A stretch of 59,150 nucleotides of DNA from IMG/VR virus record IMGVR_UViG_3300043015_001357, positions 1 through 59,150 of that record; one strand, given 5' to 3'. Below the pieces are notes generated by a model that made no database searches, was not told where the DNA came from, and saw nothing but the letters and a program-made list of their open reading frames with translations. The stretch's first letter is position 1; every line of letters begins with the position of its first letter. This document shows, piece by piece, positions 56,695 to 59,150 of the stretch. The translations under genes were made by a program, and so were the position numbers. Origin of the DNA: a virus (Duplodnaviria; Caudoviricetes).

Positions 56695-59150
56695 CTACTC
56701 TCCAAATATCTCTGAGGCTGTTGGGAAAGTTATTGCCGGAACGAAACCGGAATCTCCATCTATCTCAACAGATGAACTTAGGATTCCTGTTGGGTGTGCG
56801 TATCCATACATTCTTTGCTTTCCACTTGTGATACTATAATTATCTCCTAGAGAAGAAGTTACCCATTTATATTGGAAGTCGGATCTCGGAATGGCCGAGT
56901 TCACATACATATTGTCGTGTCTCGTTACAAAGACAGGCGATGAAATGGTTGAAGTATCACTTGGTCTTCTATTCTCATTACGTTGTTGTTTGTGGAATGA
57001 CGGATCAGGATTGGCTTCTTCTAATGGGTCAGAGCCAAGTTCAGAAGCATATCGTGGGTCAATACCAAACTTTCCGGAATGACGAGATAACAATGCTTTA
57101 TGACTGTCTCTTTCTCCTCTATGGTCATCAACTCTTATTGTTCCAGCCTCTCCAGAACCTCCGAAGTTATAGAAGTCAGAACCATCAGCAGAAGATGAGA
57201 CACGAACCGCTGAACCACGAACGGAAAGGTTACGGTAGTTAAGACTGTTATATACGGAGTATTCTTGCGAATATGCATCCAAGAAGCCATAAGTCAATGT
57301 GTCGATAGAGCCGGGAGCAGAGAAACGAGATGATATAACGGTTCTTGTTACACTCTCAGTTGCTATCGTTGTTGTGTTGAGGTAACCAGTCTCTATAATA
57401 GAAGGATATATACCAGATGTGGTATATATATTGAAAAAGTCATCACCAGAAGATACAGTAGAAATATTTACATCGGCTAAACTGTCTTGATTGAATGCAA
57501 AACGTGCAGACCTACTACCAGATGCATAGGTCATAGTAAAGCCAGAAAAACTATTTTCCAAAGAAGAAGACAAGCGGCCCCAAAATTGATCATTATCTTT
57601 GTTCCCTTTACCAACTATAAATGTAAAATCTTCATCAAATGATGTTCCCACTTGAAGACTTTGACCGTTTGAGCCCGCACTTGAACTAATATATTTAGAA
57701 ACAGTAGGACTAATATCTTGTAAAGTATCCCCTACTAACAGGCCGTGATCTTCATACCAATATTCTTCATTTCCCATCTGCCACCAGTCGACTAATATTG
57801 TACTAGGTGATGTACTTGAAGGATCTATCCAATTACCACCGTTATATAGTTCATTTATTGTAGGTGTATCATTTATAACATTATCCCATATTACAACATC
57901 TTGAATTGCATTTTGATCATCAATTCTAATATACACTTGATCAATTGTACCTTGTGTGATGGGTGAACCAGGAATTGTATAATTTGTATCTGCTACTTCG
58001 TTACTATTAAGCCATAATCTTGGTTTTACGTTTTGCAAATCAGTTGCTTCTATTGCAATATGAACATGGATCCATTGATTTGGATAGTTTGTAGGGATAT
58101 CTATTGGAAATTCACAAGTCCCCAATGATGTATTGCTAGAATCTCTAACTTGGATTGTGATATCTCTATTGATATTTATATTGTAAAGATTGGAATTCGG
58201 ACCAATTTGTCTTAATAGTATGCCGGAAAGACTAGTTGTTGTTTCTCCAGTTGTATTGTTAAACCAAAATGTTATAGAAAAATCCCCAGTATCCAACCCA
58301 GAATAGCTCCCTACTGTAATAACACCTTGGCCATAATTGGCTCCTGTTGCACGAAATGCTCTTCTATATTTTTCCAATACAATATCACTTGATGGATTGG
58401 AAGAGCCATTGGTGTCTGTTTCCACTATAACATTTGTTGCTCCTACATCAATATCTAATATTGTACCGTCACTAACAGAACTGGCTTCTTTTATTTCAAA
58501 CCCTAAAGACCCTAACCGCTCAGGTATTAAAGTTTCTACGACAGCATTCAAAATACCAGACTCTCCAATACCAAACACATTTCCGCTTGGATGGTTAGAT
58601 ACACCAATCAATGTTTGATAGTTTGTTGTCTCAGGAAGAATATCTCCAATAGCATCAGGTAAGAAGTCATGTGTCTCACTATTCTTACGGAAGAACAGGT
58701 TGTTCTCTTTCTTACCACCAGCAACACTCACTATTTCGTAATTTTCCGTGAAATTTCCGTGGTTAACACTTGAGGTAGTGGTTTGTATATTGGCGATGTT
58801 CATAGCACGTTTTGTGCGGCCATCTCTGTAAAGTCTGGCTGATTTTTTAGCAGCATCAGGGTAGCTTCCAGTGTTTGGATGTCCAAAGATTCCTGTTAGA
58901 CCATATTGAGGGTCTGTCAGGCCAAGAGCGCCATCAGAGTCTCCACCAGATTCAACAACAAGGAATCTCCATGCTTCTGGTCTTGTGTAGAGGTTGTGAA
59001 TGTTATTTGGAGGCGCTGTAGCTGCTTCCTCATCGTAAAGTGAAGTATCGTATCTATTCAAATCAACATGTCTTGCTTGGTGGCCACCTACCCACTGTTG
59101 TGTAAAAGGACCTTGCAATGGGATATCATTTGAGAAGTCTGTTATATCTG
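56695..59150 (-). CDS. Large virion protein with LamG/concanavalin-like insert, partial (start beyond the right edge)
   Basis: Frame open to the window edge; FSITFWF...WIHVHI...IQDVVIWD LamG-like pattern. Confidence 0.75.
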   Translation of the reverse strand, partial: DITDFSNDIPLQGPFTQQWVGGHQARHVDLNRYDTSLYDEEAATAPPNNIHNLYTRPEAWRFLVVESGGDSDGALGLTDPQYGLTGIFGHPNTGSYPDAAKKSARLYRDGRTKRAMNIANIQTTTSSVNHGNFTENYEIVSVAGGKKENNLFFRKNSETHDFLPDAIGDILPETTNYQTLIGVSNHPSGNVFGIGESGILNAVVETLIPERLGSLGFEIKEASSVSDGTILDIDVGATNVIVETDTNGSSNPSSDIVLEKYRRAFRATGANYGQGVITVGSYSGLDTGDFSITFWFNNTTGETTTSLSGILLRQIGPNSNLYNININRDITIQVRDSSNTSLGTCEFPIDIPTNYPNQWIHVHIAIEATDLQNVKPRLWLNSNEVADTNYTIPGSPITQGTIDQVYIRIDDQNAIQDVVIWDNVINDTPTINELYNGGNWIDPSSTSPSTILVDWWQMGNEEYWYEDHGLLVGDTLQDISPTVSKYISSSAGSNGQSLQVGTSFDEDFTFIVGKGNKDNDQFWGRLSSSLENSFSGFTMTYASGSRSARFAFNQDSLADVNISTVSSGDDFFNIYTTSGIYPSIIETGYLNTTTIATESVTRTVISSRFSAPGSIDTLTYGFLDAYSQEYSVYNSLNYRNLSVRGSAVRVSSSADGSDFYNFGGSGEAGTIRVDDHRGERDSHKALLSRHSGKFGIDPRYASELGSDPLEEANPDPSFHKQQRNENRRPSDTSTISSPVFVTRHDNMYVNSAIPRSDFQYKWVTSSLGDNYSITSGKQRMYGYAHPTGILSSSVEIDGDSGFVPAITFPTASEIFGE

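Noticed and set aside
56693-56705. Possible frameshift joining the two giant proteins
   Set aside because: The downstream gene has its own GGAG and ATG at 56693 right after the TAG; no slippery run
1165-58618. Many plus-strand and nested minus-strand ORFs of 60-267 aa in the ORF track
   Set aside because: They lie within long, recognisable minus-strand genes and lack SDs or motifs; shadow ORFs
1-59150. Genome-wide stop-codon reassignment
   Set aside because: Core genes are full length in code 11, and TAA, TAG and TGA all end genes
1-59150. tRNAs, introns, inteins, transposases
   Set aside because: Intergenic gaps are short with no cloverleaf seen; terminase, portal, capsid and primase motifs are uninterrupted

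Overview
A 59 kb segment of a large T4-like myophage genome in standard code 11, with nearly all genes on the minus strand. Reading right to left, it holds: baseplate/tail genes; a host-sigma70-driven RuvC, primase and fused SbcD-SbcC block; a probable lysis trio; large terminase, portal and prohead protease; phage-encoded ribosomal protein bS21; a family of fibre/decoration proteins; scaffold and major capsid protein; and neck, tail terminator, sheath, two tube genes and a gp26/gp51-like pair. The most unusual signal is about ten unrelated genes inserted between conserved morphogenesis genes that share short N-terminal leaders ending in (L/I)xE. These resemble T4 capsid-targeting, protease-cleaved leaders and are fused to two GNAT-like proteins, a P-loop kinase, a DEDDh exonuclease, a putative Cys-His-Asp enzyme and unknowns, which suggests a modular virion-packaged enzyme cargo system. 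Other signals: a roughly 90 bp direct repeat that copies the capsid gene 3' end, terminator and promoter around one cargo gene; a likely +1/-2 frameshift in the gp26/gp51-like pair; a recurrent ACTAHTTA late-promoter motif; and an unannotated Cys-Cys micro-ORF. All calls come from motif recognition by eye; no searches were run.
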